64,000 nucleotides of DNA. It comes from Balanoglossus misakiensis. Taxonomy: Eukaryota; Animalia; Hemichordata. The notes beneath the pieces were generated by a model. It ran no database searches, was not told the origin of the DNA, and saw nothing but the letters and a program-made list of their open reading frames with translations. Shown here piece by piece: positions 62,801 through 64,000 of this stretch (position 1 is its first letter; each line of letters opens with the position of its first letter). Position numbers and translations under genes: made by a program. The stretch is taken from contig CM082592.2 in the NCBI GenBank assembly GCA_040954595.2, positions 2,793,462-2,857,461 on the forward strand. The letters are read 5' to 3'.

Positions 62801-63218
62801 CTAAATTGAAATTCGAAAATGCAGCTAAGTGGGTTCGTGTTAGGAACTGATCAGCATGAAACCAACTGTGACTGAAAAATGGTATGGTACACTTGAGTGT
62901 ACTAATAGTGTCACTGTGATCAAATGGGAGCAAAGTGCCCTTTACACTATTTTGTGCCGTTTTTTACTTGCAGTCTTTGGAGGCGTAGTGCAGCTACGTG
63001 ATTGGTCAAAGATGGAGCCAATCAGGAAGCACAAAGCAAAATGGCAACGGGAGAAAAGAGACCAGACAATGACGAGCAACAGTTCAAAGCAACTCCAAAA
63101 AACTAAACTCTGTTGGTTTTATATGAACCACCCAGACGGGTGTCCAAGACGTGATGACCTTTGTACCTTTGCACACGGTAGCCATGAACTCAGACAAAGA
63201 CCAAATTTTAATGAGTAG
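56363..63218 (+). CDS. TRMT44: tRNA (uracil-O(2')-)-methyltransferase TRMT44/Trm44, spliced gene, 9 coding exons, 729 aa
   Basis: Exons 56363-56819, 56963-57089, 57559-57784, 58439-58615, 59665-59843, 60505-60688, 61385-61862, 62509-62625 and 62974-63218 join via GT-AG with consistent phases (2190 nt). Motifs: GFWKAVNIWIQKPHVVNRRLSGA, WPENTDPQKFVYEDIAIATYLL, SAM-binding FVDLGCGNGLLVHLL, DWLIGNHSDELTPWIP, LPCCFHDF, LRIPSTKR and a C-terminal CCCH finger. Confidence 0.96.
56963..57089 (+). CDS. TRMT44: TRMT44 coding exon 2
   Basis: Acceptor ttttttatgcag, donor AG|GTAATT. Phases 1/2 bridge exons 1 and 3. Confidence 0.82.
57305..57503. mobile_element. MITE family A copy (TRMT44 intron 2)
   Basis: TA-CTGTAAAACG...CGTTTTACAG-TA. 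Shares the internal GAGATAACGATGCAGTGA. Confidence 0.85.
57559..57784 (+). CDS. TRMT44: TRMT44 coding exon 3
   Basis: Acceptor tattttcccag. Encodes PTLSWLVKNLLPKLVKW...YQQLKQKYG. Donor AGG|GTAAGG. Confidence 0.92.
57905..58110 (+). repeat. Dispersed repeat family B copy
   Basis: Shares CCATAGACAATG, ATCCT.ACAC.GGCTC, GTCTCAAA and CTGAGACGTTTCAG with 32085-32278. Confidence 0.6.
58439..58615 (+). CDS. TRMT44: TRMT44 coding exon 4 (SAM-binding motif I)
   Basis: Encodes AWPENTDPQKFVYEDIAIATYLLMLWEQERRDQNLDAKQSFVDLGCGNGLLVHLLNSEG. Acceptor gattacag, donor GTAAGG. Missing from the ORF track. Confidence 0.96.
59145..59477. mobile_element. Non-autonomous TTAA-TSD DNA transposon (Kolobok-like)
   Basis: TTAA on both flanks. 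~28-bp imperfect TIR (AGGGTGACGATCGTCTTACGCGCATGT versus the complement of ACATGTGCATAAGACGATCGCCAGACT). AG...CT termini. Confidence 0.75.
59600..59657. repeat. Perfect 29-bp tandem duplication
   Basis: ACTACGCTTTGACATAGATGTTTATAATT occurs twice, ending 7 nt before TRMT44 exon 5. Confidence 0.95.
59665..59843 (+). CDS. TRMT44: TRMT44 coding exon 5
   Basis: Encodes HPGKGIDVRRRKIW...DWLIGNHSDELTPWIPVIAAR. Donor AG|GTACGT. Confidence 0.95.
60505..60688 (+). CDS. TRMT44: TRMT44 coding exon 6
   Basis: Encodes SSYNTRYFVLPCCFHDFNCKF...EEDALRIPSTKR. Acceptor tttctcattccag, donor GTGAGT. Missing from the ORF track. Confidence 0.95.
60914..60941. repeat. (GATT)7 microsatellite
   Basis: Read directly from the sequence. 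Confidence 0.95.
61385..61862 (+). CDS. TRMT44: TRMT44 coding exon 7
   Basis: Encodes ICQIGKQRTY...FKPRGPRELVRNCST...WNRGG. Acceptor ctctctaaag, donor G|GTATTA. Confidence 0.9.
62509..62625 (+). CDS. TRMT44: TRMT44 coding exon 8
   Basis: Encodes KLPLPEVAAM...LKNECGGLQTLLRNSHQVFQ. Acceptor tttcttgcag, donor G|GTAATA. Confidence 0.93.
62974..63218 (+). CDS. TRMT44: TRMT44 coding exon 9 (CCCH zinc finger, stop)
   Basis: Encodes FGGVVQLRDW...KTKLCWFYMNHPDGCPRRDDLCTFAHG, then TAG. Acceptor tttttacttgcag. Confidence 0.94.
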
Positions 63219-63627
63219 TGCCAAAATATGGCTGAACTTTTTAAGTTTACAATATAAATGTTGGTGTACTATCCTGCGAGAAGGCATCACAAATCATTAA
63301 TATACAATGAATTGTTTTCATCAAATAATTTACTACCTCCAGTGATTTTACCACTGTAAGTGGCAATTTAAAAGCCTGAAATTGGAGATTCTGTCCATCT
63401 TCACTTGTTGCGAGATACAGTAAGTCGTATAGTTTCAATTGACAATTGTAGGATTTCTGGACACTAGGTGCCGAAGTTTCATACCTCGTGGTTATTCACT
63501 GCATTAAATCCTTTGGGAAACAAAGTGTTCATTGAAGTCTTCATTGGTCTTGAGATCACGAACAAAAATTATTTCGTTACATACAGCAAATAGGTCAATG
63601 GGCCTGTAATTTTTTCTGCTCATCTAA

Positions 63628-63633
63628 AATAAA
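63628..63633 (+). terminator. Candidate polyadenylation signal of TRMT44
   Basis: AATAAA about 410 nt downstream of the stop codon. Confidence 0.35.
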
Positions 63634-64000
63634 CTTAAAGAATGACATTTCTTTGCTGCAAAAAGTATATGAGTTGATACATAAATTTTTATGTCACAAG
63701 CACTCAAATTACTTAGTCAGTATACAAATGTACCATGTGCGGGCTTGAAGTTGCAGTTGCTCGAATAATGTCAAACTGCATTAATAATTCCATTCTCTCT
63801 TGTTTTATATGTTGTACAAGAAATCCTGCAACATTGACTTGTATTCCACTGTGATGATGTAATTGTTACTGTTTGCTCAGTTTCATGAGAAACATTATTT
63901 GCTCAAGTCCTGCTGCCTGTTGTCGTGCGGTCATTCCGATTTTCTGCTGGTAACAGGTCCTCCATTATTGATTTGATGAAAGTGGTCCCATTTATAATTT

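Overview
AT-rich eukaryotic genomic DNA with GT-AG introns and many small non-autonomous DNA transposons. It is most likely a marine invertebrate (inferred from composition and repeat style only). Two spliced protein-coding genes can be rebuilt by hand with fully consistent exon phases, and they lie head-to-head. On the + strand is a 9-exon TRMT44 tRNA (uracil-2'-O)-methyltransferase (56363-63218, 729 aa). On the - strand is an 8-exon, 379-aa multi-pass membrane protein (55625-24113) whose motif order matches my recollection of the fungal ER protein Ice2; its last intron is about 25.5 kb. Most ORFs in the supplied track are spurious. The first ~23 kb has no recognisable coding exon. The two most notable signals are (1) the apparent animal Ice2-family gene and (2) long hairpins whose mismatches are repeatedly TC/TC on the + strand, i.e. 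tandem G-A pairs with GNA/GNNA loops on the - strand, which suggests elements built to fold as single-stranded DNA on one strand. All homology calls are from memory; no searches were run.
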